Counted from the first letter of the stretch, positions 27,730-40,732 are shown. The stretch: 64,000 nt of DNA from Octopus sinensis (GCF_006345805.1 NC_042999.1:4030001-4094000); one strand, 5' to 3'. The notes: generated by a model from the sequence alone, not told the origin. Numbers and translations: made by a program.

Positions 27730-28320
27730 TTTTATCTTTTGTTTCAGTCATTGTACCCTGTCCATGCTGGAGCACCGCTTTGAAGGATATTTTAGTTAAA
27801 TGAATTTTTTTTTTTTTTGCACCTGTGCGGGTGGCACGTAAAAAGCACCCACTACACTCACGGAGTGGTTGGCATTAGGAAGGGCATCCAGCTGTAGAAA
27901 CATTGCCAGATAAGACTGGAACCTGGTGCAGCCTTCTGGCTTCCCAGACCCCGGTCGAACCGTCCAACCCATGCTAGCATGGAAAACGGACGTTAAACGA
28001 TGATGATGATGATGATGAATTGGCCCCAGTACTTATTTTTTTAAAAGCCTGGTACTTATTCTATCGCTCTCTTTCACCAAATCAGTAAGTTGCCAGGATG
28101 TAAACACACCAACACCAATTGGCAAGCAGTGATGGGACACACACACATATATGATACAATGAGATTCTTTCAGTTTTCATCTACCAAATCCACTCACAAG
28201 GCCTTGGTTGGTCTCAGGCTATAGTAGCAGACATTTGTCTGAAGTACCATGCAGTGGGACTGAACTCAGAACCTAGTGGTTAAAAAGCAAGCTTCTTACT
28301 ACTCACTCACGCCTATGCCT
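27730..28320 (-). mobile_element. Family B SINE interrupted by a family A insertion
   Basis: 3' part at 27730-27806, remainder at 28022-28320. Confidence 0.75.
27807..28021 (+). mobile_element. Family A copy nested in a family B SINE
   Basis: Core plus (GAT)n tail; atgaatt duplicated at 27800-27806 and 28015-28021. Confidence 0.8.
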
Positions 28321-29179
28321 ATATCAAACATTTTATCATCCACAAAATTACTGGGTAGTATCTTTTCTTATTCAATTAAAGCAAAGTAGAGCTATTTGCT
28401 TTTAGCTAAGAATTCCAGCATGCATATCTATTGCTAGAATTATAATGAGTGTGGTTTTTGTCCTGGTACAAGTTTAACCTGAAACTCCCTGCCACTCTCA
28501 GTACATGAATCTTTGGAATTAACTGTCTTCTATGCATTTCCTTTGTCATTGTAACAGCTTTTGATAATACTTCTTTCCAGACATTACAGCTGAAACTGTC
28601 CAGTAAAACTTAATTATAAAAATAACCAATAAAATACTTAAAAATACTGGTGCTTGAGTTTCTGTAATTAACTGTCTCCAGTACATTGTCATTGTTATTG
28701 CAGCAGATTTTGAAAGCATTGCATGCCAGACATTACATATAATACCGTCCAGCAAAATGTAATTAATTACACAGTACCTAAAAAGACTGATGCTTTCAGC
28801 ATTTCGGTATCTAAGCTGGATAGACTGGCAGTTCATCCATACTAACCATGTTTGTAATAAGCTCCTTTATAGCTGGCTTGTCCAGTTTCATAATCCATAA
28901 TATCCATCGTTTCCTAATCTCAGGACAAAGTGAACTGATAGTGTTTCATACACATTTCTATTCAATGACATTTTACTTCATATAAATGTTCTGTCTGGCA
29001 ATTTGGAATTACTCAGGTAGTCAGAGACATGGCACATGATCGTCTCAGATGTTGTGTACTCTGATGCCATCATTCCTATGTGGCTGGGTTGACCTTATTT
29101 CTTATATTTGTATTTAGTTTTATTTGCAGTTAATTGTATTTATTTATATTTATTTAATTTTTCAATTTTATCTTTTACC

Positions 29180-29560
29180 ATTTACTTGTTTTGGTCATTA
29201 AACAGCAGCCATGCTAGGACACTGCCATGAAGAACTTTTTACTCAAATAAATTGACCCCAGTACTTAATTTCTTAAGCCTATTACTTATTCTATCAGTCT
29301 CTTTTGTCAAACTGCTAAGTTACATGGATGTAAACACACCAACACCAGTTGTCAAATGGTTGGGTGGGGGGCACAAACACAGACTCAAAGACACACACAT
29401 ATATACAACAGGCTTCTTTCTGTTTCTGTCAACCCCAAATTCACTCACAAAGTTTTAGTTGGCCTGAAGCCATAGTAGAAGGCACTTGCCCAAAGTGCAT
29501 GCAATGGGACTGAACCTGGAACCATGTGGTTCAAAAACAAACTTCTTACCACACAGCCAT
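29180..29560 (-). mobile_element. Family B SINE, diverged
   Basis: Same head and tail motifs. Confidence 0.75.
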
Positions 29561-30164
29561 GCTTGCTGTATATATTTGTTATTCTTAACTCTATTTGTAT
29601 ATTTCAAATTTTTCTTAAAATATTAATGTATTGCATTTCATACATCCTCTTCTCATTGGGTAGAAAATTCACAACCCTCCTATCCTATTGTCATTTCCCT
29701 TGGTTAAGAAAATTTTCTTTCCCCTTGATGTTAGTTCCTACTCCATTTTCCATCTCATTATATGACTTATCTCCTAGTTAAATTATCTACCGATCTATGA
29801 ACCAGCAAGAGAGTCTGTACACAATCATACGACCTGAAAGAAATAGCAGCCAAATTTTCTTCAATTCACACTCCACTAGTTTAATGATAAAGGATACATT
29901 AGATAGCAGAGTCTTTGATATGAAAGAAGACGATGGTCATGATTGAAACATCTTTCTTTGATCATAGGACTGCCTGGTCAGAAAACCAGGTGTTAAAGAG
30001 TAACTCCCCACCATTCTCTTCCAACCCTAAGTAATTCACTGATTGGAGGTGCCCAACTCATTTCACAGATATAGGCAATCGTTTGTAGCTGGTTGCTTGT
30101 TATTCACTTGAATATCACATCCTTTAGAAAATGTTGTGTCTATACTGGCTTTAAAGTTAAGTAT

Positions 30165-30460
30165 AAGCGTGCATGGCTCAGTGGCTAGAGCATCAGGCTC
30201 ACCATCGTGTGGTAGTGAGTTGGATTCCAAGACCAGACTATGTGTTGAGTTCTTGAGCAAGACACTTTATTTCACACTGCTCCAGTTCATTCAACTGTAG
30301 AAAAGAGTTATGATATCCCTGACGCCAAGCTGTATCAGTATTTGGTATGCATTTGTGACTGCTGGTCTTCCATAAACAACCTTGCCCAGATTTGTGCTTC
30401 CGAGGGTAACTTTCTAGGTGCAATCCCATGGTCATTCATGACCAAAGAGGAACTTTACCT
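30165..30460 (+). mobile_element. tRNA-derived SINE (family E); minus copies at about 4200-4450 and 48640-48870
   Basis: gcatggctcagtggctagag head, gttcttgagcaagacactttatttcacactgctccag core. Confidence 0.65.
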
Positions 30461-32020
30461 TTTAAATGTTCAATCAAAGAAAGAGATTATACATAATTCT
30501 TTGACCATACTAGAAATAACAGTAAAATCTTCTTCAAATCACTCTATACCATGTTGCAAAAAGAAGGACACATCCAATGATATATTGTCATAAATATACA
30601 ATACTTGAATAAAAGACGAGCTGGTCATGAATGGAATGCCTTTGATCATTGATCTGCTTGATCAGAGTTGACCCAAGGCTAAAAAAAAATAAAACAATAA
30701 ATAACAGCAGCAACAATGATAGCCATGGAGAATGTAGAAAAATTTCATGTGGGAGGTAAGATATAGGAAATTTTCACAATGTGATATAATTTCAAACAAC
30801 ATTATCATTAATCATGAACAACATAATCTTATATATAATATATAAAACAAAATAGAAAAAAAGAAAGAAAACAAGCTGCATCAGTGATTCTGCTCAGAGT
30901 TATAGAGTGAATATAATCGATCGATCAGTGTGTCAATCAATAGATGTATGTTATGCGCATAGATATACTTATAATAAGTAATTGTACAGAAATATACATA
31001 TATCACTACTAATTCAAGAACATTTTCTTGAAAGCATTTTCTCATTAGTTTAAAACGAAAATATAAGAATTACAGATATGGTACATAATTTTATCATCAT
31101 TTGTATTACATTTAATAGACTAAAGTTAACTGCGCACTCTTCTACTTGTAGTTTTGAAGTTATATACAAAAGCAAAGCAAAGTAGCATCAATAAATCTTG
31201 AAATAGATATCCTATGCTCATTTCCTTTAACATGACATTTCGGTATTTCATACAGCCAGGAAATCCTTTAGGATATAAAAATAACAAGCAAATAATAACA
31301 TTTCTATCAGACTCATTTCCATTTTCAAATCATCTGGGGAAATCTGAAGAAGTGATTGCCTTTCATTGCTACTGTTTGCAACAAGCTAATTATCTGTATA
31401 GTAGCATACTTACTTTAGTTATTGTAGAACGCCCAGACAACAGTACCAACTACTGACTATTCTCTTATCAGGAAAGCAATAAATGGTTTTTGCAATATTA
31501 TTAGATCCAACCATTAAATGGACTCTCTTCAGTTTGAGAGAAAACTCTTTGGCTACAACCCGTGCTTCCCCTACCCCCAACCCCATTCAGGCCATTACAG
31601 ATTATTAGACAAGCATCTGCTATTCAATAACGAATATTACTGAATTCTTTTTGTATCAAATTGATACTTCAGCCATATCAACTGCTCATTCCCCAAACCA
31701 TTGTTAACATACAAACTATTGTAACATATATTTTCCAATAGAAATTCAATAGTTTACAAGTTGGAATTATTATCTTATACAAATTGAGAGCTAACGTTCT
31801 TGTTTTATTATTTGTGATTTTGTTTTATTTCATACATGTAATTGATGAAACTTTCATTGATTCCTGAACATACGATGTATGTTTAAATTAGATCTTTTTT
31901 AATACTACTTATGATTATCAACCAAAAATATAAAAATGAAATGACAAAAAGAATAACTGAAACCTTTTTAGATATTAATTAAATTTCTTCCTATATTTAT
32001 TATGACTTGATCATCATGTC

Positions 32021-32036
32021 CTGATGACGTCATCAG
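32021..32036. promoter_or_regulatory. Perfect 16-bp palindrome containing a full CRE (TGACGTCA)
   Basis: ctgatgacgtcatcag, followed by aaggtca and agataag motifs; function untested. Confidence 0.3.
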
Positions 32037-32830
32037 TTAAGGTCAAGATTAAGATAAGTGATAATCCCCCATCTAAATATTGTGAATGACTAATAAATAT
32101 ATCATAGCTACATGTAAAAGCAATATTCAAAATTTAAAAAAAAAACATCATGTCCATCATTTCGGTCTTTGGCATTCTTTATGCATCTTTCTGTTCTCAT
32201 CATAGTCCATGACTCAATATCATCAAGCCAAACTCTCTCTCTTGCTCAACCTCTTTTCTTTCATTTTTCTATGCTCACTCATACAATATAAGCTAGGCTT
32301 AAAACACTTACACAATCCATACTACCACCTTTTCATTCAGTTCCCCAGTTTTCTCAATAACCTCTGACACTTACCCCTTCTCATTCCCTTGCTCCTCATT
32401 GTACTCTGCTTTCTACAATTAGTGCCAGCTCCTGTACTCACTCAGCTACCACCTTATTGTAACTAGGAATCTATTTCTCTCATCTTAGTTATCCTCATTC
32501 TTTCTTACTTTGTGTGTGTGTATTATTCCTTCACTTGTTGCCTGCCACTAAGCCTAGTATATGCAGTCACCCTGCACTTTTATGCTGACCATCTCAGTAT
32601 CTCTCTTTTATTCTCTCTGTGATGTAAAGCTTGACTGGAGAAATTAACCAACTGACCAACATTTATATCCATTGTCATTATACAGAGATAATCACAAACA
32701 GGATGTGGATCTAGTGGTAAGTTAATTGAAGGAGTTTGGCCTATGATTGAGTTTGGAGATGGATTTGAACTCAGCACTACAAACTAGCAAAAATATCTTC
32801 CAAAGATAATTCAAATACAAGGATGCTGTT

Positions 32831-32878
<48 letters not shown>

Positions 32879-33942
32879 TTCAACCATCATTTAACATCCA
32901 GCTTCTATAGATGTTAAATAATGATGATGATGGTGGTGATGATAGGATGGTTTGACAGGCTTGATTCCAAGAACTGCATCAGGCTCTACTGGCCACTTTG
33001 GCATGGCTTCTATGACTTAAAGACCCTTCCTAATACCAATCACTTTACAGAGTGTACTGGATGGTTTTTTTCATGGTACTAGCATGGATAGGGATTGTTA
33101 GGGTCTCTCCAATGAATAAAGGAAGCAAAAGACTGCAACAAAAACAAACATTCTGTTGGTATCCCTTATTTTTGGCAGAATTTGAACTCAAATCAAAGCA
33201 AAATATTTAGATAATTGTTTTGAGTTACCAAACAAGATACTTACTCAATTCTCTTAAAGTGCTAAGCTATAAATTTGCCCTCACACACAGTCTTAAACAT
33301 TTTTCTTATTACATATTATAGATTTTACTCCCTTTCTGTTGTGGAAGACCTTGATTCAATAAATAACTGACCTTCTGCAGTGCAAAATTGATTATTTCTA
33401 TGCTATATCTATCTTTATATTTATATATTTCACTTCCTTTTATATCTGTTTGTGCTTCTGCTTTTATTCCTTTTTTATTTCTCCCATCTTCTTGAAAACA
33501 TGTATATTACAAAAGCACTATCTCTTTGCTATGATATATTATTTGTCTCAACATTCTAGACACTATATTCTGTTGAATAGTGCATTGCCATTCCACATAT
33601 TGTGCAACTTCTTGTATTTATTACATATGTAGCTTTAGCTATAAAATCCAACTTAACATTTATAATTTCTTGTACTGTATGCACATAGAATATTAAGTGT
33701 TGTCTGACTCACAAGTTATTGCTATAATTACTAATGTAACTGACCATCTATGAAGTAATAACTATATTTCATCTTCATATGACATTTATCGAAGTATATC
33801 AACATTCTGTTATTTAATCAGGATATTTCCTATTAAATCAACATTCTGCATTCCTGAAAGCTTCTGGAATGCTTTACTTGCCATAAATATTCTCGCTCAC
33901 TTCCTTGTTATTTTTATTTTTCCTTAAAATAATATCATTTAG

Positions 33943-33956
33943 AAAAATGCTGTAAG
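33943..33956 (+). CDS. Candidate 14-nt microexon
   Basis: tcatttag|AAAAATGCTGTAAG|gtattt; 68-nt intron to 34025, joined frame KNAVREKFDKIEDYIF. Confidence 0.35.
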
Positions 33957-34024
33957 GTATTTTCTGTTTTATTTTTCTGTCAATTATATTACTTGAATTT
34001 GCAAAGGCATATTTCCTCCATTAG

Positions 34025-34059
34025 AGAGAAATTTGATAAAATTGAGGACTATATATTTG
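34025..34059 (+). CDS. Candidate 35-nt exon
   Basis: atttcctccattag|AGAGAAATTTGATAAAATTGAGGACTATATATTTG|gtaact; phase 2 to 1, EKFDKIEDYIF. Confidence 0.4.
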
Positions 34060-34589
34060 GTAACTGAAAAATCTACTTTGTTTGAACAGATATAAATACA
34101 AGAAGGAGATTGGAGTTTGCTTCAGTTACTTTAGGATTCTGTTGTAGAAAATAATTCTTTGGTTTGATATTTCATCCATTTTTCCTTTCATATGCATAAA
34201 TTTTTTATTTACCCCCACTATACACCCACTCTCCCTCCATTCATTTACTCACAACCAAGCACATGTTGCTATAGCTACAGAATGTTCATGCCCAGTATGG
34301 GGTAGATCTTCACACACAAGATCTTTGGTTACTGTTTTCAATGAGACGTGCTGGCAATATAACTGGCTCTTCAGAATGAGACATACTGATATATAGCTAG
34401 TTGTCTCAAGCCCACTAACATTAATAATTTTTACCTACTGGCTGGCATTGTTCTACCTGATATGAAGGGATGTTGCCAGCCAAGCTGTAAAACAAAAGCA
34501 GATGTTTGATGAAAGTAATTCATTATATTTTTGTTGTGGTCAGCCATTGTCGATCCACTGCTGACTGAATGTCTCACCATACTGTTGCC

Positions 34590-35070
34590 AATTTTTTTCT
34601 TTTTCTATTTTTTGATTTTGGTCTCCTGCTTGATATGTCCTGTTGACGGTGGTCCAGTTTTTGCCAATCTCATTATTCCATCTCTTTCAGGGTCTTCCTT
34701 GTTCTCTTTTTCCTACTATTGTTTGCCATTCTATGATGGTTTTTATCCAACAGTTTTCTCTCTTTCTGAAGATGTGTCCTGTTCATGTTCATTTTTTCCC
34801 CCTTTTTTACAATAAGATTATTGCCTACTTGCATCTGTTCTTTTTTACAAATTTTTTTTTTCTGTCCCTATATGTTATGTTGAGCATTGATCTTTGCATT
34901 TTGTGTTGGCATCCTGCCAGTTTTCCCATCATCTCGGCTGTTAGGGTACATATTTCTAATCTGTAAATGACTGCTGGTGTTATGTATTGGTTTAGAATTT
35001 TTCTTTTGAGATAGGCTAGGATTTTTTATATTCCATAATACTGCTATGCTTATTAAAAGAGTACAAGCCA
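34590..35070 (-). mobile_element. RTE LINE 3' fragment
   Basis: Minus-strand NQYITPAVIY.LE..TLT and QHKMQRSMLNIT.RD. Confidence 0.65.
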
Positions 35071-36560
35071 AACATTAATCTCCCTTTTATTTCTCTTGAT
35101 GTTTTTTCATGCTTCTTTTTTTCATCTCCATCATCTTTGTCATTGTTGTCATCATCTTAAGTAACTAATATTTTTAATTATTTCTGGCAATTACAAGAGA
35201 CAATTCACCATAACTCCCACAGTTATTGTAATACTACACTTCTGCTGATGAACTTCAAAATAGCAGGGTCATGTCCACAGTTGTCTCCTGTATTTGTTAG
35301 AAAAAGATAATAATTTTTTTAAAAAAAACAGAAAAAAAAAGCATTTTTCTACCACATTTTATTGTTTTGGCTATATAATATTTCTTGAATCAAAAATACT
35401 AACATTTGCTTATTGTAGAAAATGTAAAATTCATTGTAATAAGTCTCTAACTATTTTTAAAATAACATACCCATATCATTGAAATATCAATCAGATGTGT
35501 TGTATCATCTCTCAGCTTGATTTAAGGATTTCTTAATGTCTTATCTCTTAGACACTTACTCTGTTGGGTTATATGCTGTATGGTAGTTGTGGTTAAGGCT
35601 CTCCCTTAGTCGTGTGCATGCACACATTGTTTTAACAACTGGTCACAAAGAAAACAATGCATGCACACAGGGTTTTGAAGATGAAATCATATTTCTTCTT
35701 GGATGTGCATATATTTTCCTAGGAAAAATAAAATCTGCTTGCACCCATAGAAAAAACACATAGGAGACATTAATTGTGATAGAGCTTACATTTACATTGA
35801 ACTAAAATGAGCAGGAACAGCGTAGCTTGATCACTTTTGCTTGTAAAATTTTATAATCGTTTATAATAAATTGTAATTTTTAACAGTAACGCTAGTCCAC
35901 ATTCTGATGAGAGTGTCATCAATTAAATCAACCCCAATGTCTTGTAGCCCTCAGAAGGATGAAAGACAAAGCAACCTCAGCAGGATGTGAACTCAGAATA
36001 TAAAGGTCATAACTAAATAACATAAATGCATTTTGTCTGATACTTGACTGATTATTCTGTTAACCCAACCCAATAATTCAACTATCATAGATAAATTGGT
36101 TGAAATTTCATGATTTTTCTAAATGTGCCACAAACCTCAAGAAAACTTAGGATGTAAGTTCATATCTGTCATACTGCCTGATCACTGACAGGATTTCATT
36201 ATTTAAGGTTTTAAATTTTCCTTGATAAGTTATTGCACAAGATGGATTGAAAAAATCTGTGATAATTCATCAAGCTATCCAAGTAAAGCAACTCTTTTGT
36301 TTTGTATCAATTATAGTAATTTCATATATTGAATATTATAATACAACTGTTATGATGGGTTACTATGGACACTATTGTGTAATTTCTGGATAGATTTCTA
36401 TAAGATTGATAAACAATAGTATTACTATGCATGTATTTATATATGTATATAAATTTTATATATATGCATGTGTGTGTGTATATATATATATATATATAGG
36501 GAGAGAGAGAGAGAGAGATAGGTTGAAAAAAAGATCTGTAGAAATCAATTTTTATATATA

Positions 36561-36914
36561 AAAGATGGAGGTGGAAATAGTACAGAAGTAAGTCTAAGAC
36601 ATTTCAGTTTAAGAGGGAATTTAATAAAAAATTATATAAAGAAAATATTACTGGTTTCAACGTACCTCATCTTATCAAATATCAGCAAAAATTAATAAAA
36701 ATTTTGAAGTAAAAACAGTTTATCTTGACATGTTCTTGACCCCCAGACAGAAGATACACAGTTTTTATTTCAAATTTTTATAAATTTTTACTGATATTTG
36801 ATAAGATGAGATACATTGAAACTGGTAATATTTTCTTTATATAATTTCTTATTAAATTCCCTCTTAAATTGAAATGTCTTAGACTTACTTCTGTCCTATT
36901 TCCACCTCCTTTTT
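36561..36914. mobile_element. Foldback element / MITE with about 160-bp inverted arms
   Basis: Left arm ggaggtggaaatagtacagaagtaagtctaagacatttc...tatctt; right arm is its reverse complement; about 24-nt spacer at 36727-36750. Confidence 0.85.
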
Positions 36915-37129
36915 ATGTGACTGTGTGTGTATAGTTGGCGATTTTCTTTCTCTGTCTTCCCTTCTTTGGACTTTTTCTGCATTTCTGACGATGAGCTCCG
37001 CTTGAAATGTGAAATCCTCTTTCTTTTCTCTCCTTTCCTGAGTATCCAATAACATTGTACTTATTCCATGTCCCCACATTGTATTTCTTTCTTGTTCATG
37101 TTTGGATTGACTACATATATTTATAGCTC

Positions 37130-37352
37130 TGTCTGGCAGCCAGCTCTGTCTGGCACCAGTGCGGGTGGCACGTAAAAAGCACCCACTACACTCACGGAGT
37201 GGTTGGCGTTAGGAAGGGCATCCAGCCGTAAAAACACTGCCAGATTTGACTGGGCCTGATGAAGCCTTCTGGCTTCACAGACCCCAGTAGAACCGTCCAA
37301 CCCATGCTAGCATGGAAAACGGACGCTAAATGATGATGATGATGATGATGAT
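37130..37352 (+). mobile_element. Family A copy
   Basis: Core plus (GAT)n tail. Confidence 0.85.
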
Positions 37353-38578
37353 ATATATATACAGTTATACTTACTTAAATCCTTCATTCTTTATGGACCA
37401 TAGGTCATTGATGACTTTCCTCTTTTGTTCTCAACTCCAGGCTGTCTTTCCCTGAGTCAATGCCTTCCTCTCCTAGATGTTATTGGTTTGAATTGTCATT
37501 GATGCTTCTGTGATTTAGCTTTTGTTTTCTAAACAGGGGTTGTTTGGATCCATGCTAGTTCATTTTTTTTTAACTCTGAGAAGAGGTGGTCCATATTACT
37601 TTATATATATAGATAGCATAAGAGGCCCTTCCAAGAGCTTGCACTCTGCTGGCATAGCTCTTAGGATCAATTGAGGTACATGAGTGGATTAGGTTGATGA
37701 AAGCTGAAATGCATTGCATGTGTGTATGTGTGTGTGCATGTGTTTGTTTACATTGGTGTTCTTCAAAAGTTGAGAACTATCTGCTTCCCCTATGCTTTCA
37801 AAGACAAGTGAAATAAAAGATTTGTTACTTGAAAACCAAATTTAGATTAAATATAGGAAGGACATCTGACTCTTAAAGAATGTCTCACGATAACATGGTA
37901 ATACAGATATAAAATGGAAAATCAAACATTTTATATGTGTATGTATATACCCACACATATTTATGCGCGCACACACACACACACACATAAAACATCTAGT
38001 TGTTTAAATTCTAATCTCATAAATACAAAAAAGAAAATTAATTATTATTAAAAGCCATTTATTTTCATTCTAAAACTCATTTGTTTCATAATTCTTTAGA
38101 AATTGCAAATATATATTTTCCAACTGTAACTTTTAATGTATTTTATAACTAAAATCCAAAATGATGCATTACAACATGCAATTTTTATTTTGACAATTCC
38201 ATAATGGTATTGAATCATTCCATACCAGGTGTCTATAAAATCAGTTTGGAAGAAAACTAGCTTCTCGTTTACTGACGGAATCATGTCATTAATTTTTTAC
38301 TAAGTTTTGACAGTTGTTACTTCCAAACTATTCAAATGATTACTCAAAAATATTTCAGACATTTCATTATTTTCAATAAAAAAAAATAACACTTGCTAAT
38401 GAATGTAAAACTCTTTGAGGTTCAGTACCATTTATGCATTATTATTAGACAGAAATTAAGTGATCAGTCTATTGATGGCAAAGTAATTGGTGCAACTTAT
38501 CACAAATCAAAAAGATAATTTTCTTAAAATTGTTTCATTTTTTCCTTTTTTTTTTTTTTTTTTTCATTTCTACTTCAG

Positions 38579-38587
38579 AAGACATTG
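38579..38587 (+). CDS. Candidate 9-nt microexon
   Basis: About 40-nt pyrimidine tract, ctacttcag|AAGACATTG|gtgaat; all three frames hit stops if read through to the next gtaagt. Confidence 0.4.
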
Positions 38588-38742
38588 GTGAATTTTTTTC
38601 CTTTCTCTCTTATTTCTTACTTTGAAAATTGTCTTATTTAAAAAGTAAGTGTAAAGCAAAGTTGTTAAAGAAAGTCTCTGGGAGAAAGTAGTGTGATGTT
38701 CATAAAAGATCAAATATATTCTTGAACCATTATCTTCTTCAG

Positions 38743-38754
38743 TGAGAGATAATG
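38743..38754 (+). CDS. Candidate 12-nt microexon
   Basis: ttatcttcttcag|TGAGAGATAATG|gtttgc; phase 1-1, weak donor. Confidence 0.3.
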
Positions 38755-38831
38755 GTTTGCCATTAGATTAAGATCTAGACCATATAAATAGATAAAACAA
38801 ATTTAGTTTAGTCATTTTTTTCTTTTTGCAG

Positions 38832-38845
38832 TTCTTAATTATGCA
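38832..38845 (+). CDS. Candidate 14-nt microexon
   Basis: ttttttttctttttgcag|TTCTTAATTATGCA|gtaaca; with the two previous gives EDIVRDNVLNYA. Confidence 0.35.
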
Positions 38846-39079
38846 GTAACATAAGGAAACACCAAGCCTTTTGATATTTTGATAAAAATATTACTGTGTA
38901 CATTTTGATAAATTCGTTGCTTTGGAATTTTTTATTTCCATTTATACATTTTACACATAAAAATGTTTAAAGAAAATGTGGGTGAGAGAGAGAGAGAGGA
39001 AATTTTAGAGTTATAAATATTGTATGTAATTTAATGTTGTCTGGGCATCCAGTTCAGTCAGCATAGTTTTCAGTGGATC

Positions 39080-39420
39080 TAGGTTTCTGTACTATGATGT
39101 TGCCTGATTCTGCATTTTATATGCAAGTGAGATATGGACAATCATGAAGAAGAAAGAATAGTGACTGGGTATGGCACTGAGGTCTAATTCAAAATCCATG
39201 CTAGAAATGTCACAGTGGGGAATATCTAAAACAGAGCAATTGGAGAAGTGCGTGGAGTGAATAATGTGACCATGAAGTACCAAGAACACTGGTTCATCTG
39301 AGCCAAATGTATTGCAAGGCACACATACCACAAGTGGATTTGTGTAGTTGTTGAGTGATAGCTAAGAGATTGGAAAAGACTACTGGGGAGACAACAGAGT
39401 CAAACAATTCAGGCTCAAAT
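39080..39420 (+). mobile_element. RTE LINE 3' fragment
   Basis: ILYASEIWT and RDWKR.LGR motifs, with stops. Confidence 0.6.
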
Positions 39421-40318
39421 GGAAGAGAAAGGTGCAAAATAAGCATGTGTGTATGGCATCATGGGAAGTAGGGTACCACAGAAATGGTAAATAGTTTACA
39501 GCACAAATGAAATCACTTTAAACTTCTTGCTAGAATAATATTCAAAATGGTTTATATGATTGGAAATATAATTTCGAAGTGTTCATGGTGTCATAGTGAC
39601 AATCTGATCAAAGACTTAGCAATTAAAAAATGTAGGAGAAAACTTTTCAAATATGACTGAAGTGGAAGTATACAAAAGGAAACATTATTTTCTCTCTTAC
39701 TGTTAGTTTTGTCTCATTTTGAAAAATAAAGATTTATTTTATGGTTTATAATTATTTATACTTTGAATTGCATACATATGTGAGCACCAAAGTCTTTTTA
39801 AGTGCTTAGGGCCTCTATCGGTCTTAATTCAGCTCTGATTGTGTACAAAAGTATCTGATAGTCTGGTCAAATAAAAATAATTACCTTAATCTAGCGTAAA
39901 TCTTTGATTAATAAGAAGTTAAATGATCTTCATGGTATTGTGTTAAGGATCTGAGTCACAGCAGACTAAACAAATCAGTAATAATACTGATGAAACATAT
40001 TTAATTTTGCTAATGGCAAGCATTACCATTTGTAAAACAAGTGTACAATATCTCTGTTGCTCTTTAAATGTGTGGTTTGAGGCCTGGTTTTACTTAATTT
40101 TATTTGCATTTGGTGTAAACAAACATTCTGTAGGAATATTAAATATAGCATTACCTTCTATGAAGGGATTTTAATTCTTTTAAGGAAGCAGTGTCTTATT
40201 CATTTTAAAGCTGACATTGCATATGTCTTGACTATCTCAAGATTAGGTGGTGATTAAAATACCCATTCATTGTACTGAAATAATTCTAGAAGCCTTCTAT
40301 TATCTATCTATCTATCTA

Positions 40319-40354
<36 letters not shown>

Positions 40355-40379
40355 GCTGTCTGTCTGTTGTTCTGTCTAT

Positions 40380-40590
40380 ATCATCATCATCATCATCATC
40401 ATTGTTTAACGTCCGTTTTCCGCGCTAGCACGGGTTGGACGGTTCGACCGGGGTCAGGGAAGTCAGGGGCAGCACCAGGCTCCAGTCTGATCTGGCAGTG
40501 TTTCTACGGCTGGATGCCCTTCCTAACGCCAACCACTCCGCGAGTGTAGTGGGTGCTTTTTACGTGCCACCTGCACAGGTGCCAGGGAGG
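40380..40590 (-). mobile_element. Family A copy
   Basis: (CAT)n tail and core. Confidence 0.85.
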
Positions 40591-40688
40591 GGTCTATATT
40601 ATATAGATATGTGTGTGTGTGTAGATATATAATCTTATTTATCTACTTATATCTATCAATCTATATTTATATTTATCTGTCTGTCTTT

Positions 40689-40732
<44 letters not shown>

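Noticed and set aside
28546-28836. 96-aa minus-strand ORF resembling a membrane protein
   Set aside because: It runs through both copies of the 149-bp duplication; no recognisable family; conserved splice-like signals favour the plus strand.
34280-34400. SLVTVF...WQY resembling alpha-2/delta exon 7
   Set aside because: DPxL motif absent, upstream of the N-terminal exons, ends in a stop.
35222-35287. Minus-strand acceptor and exon-like segment
   Set aside because: Stops in all three frames before a good donor.
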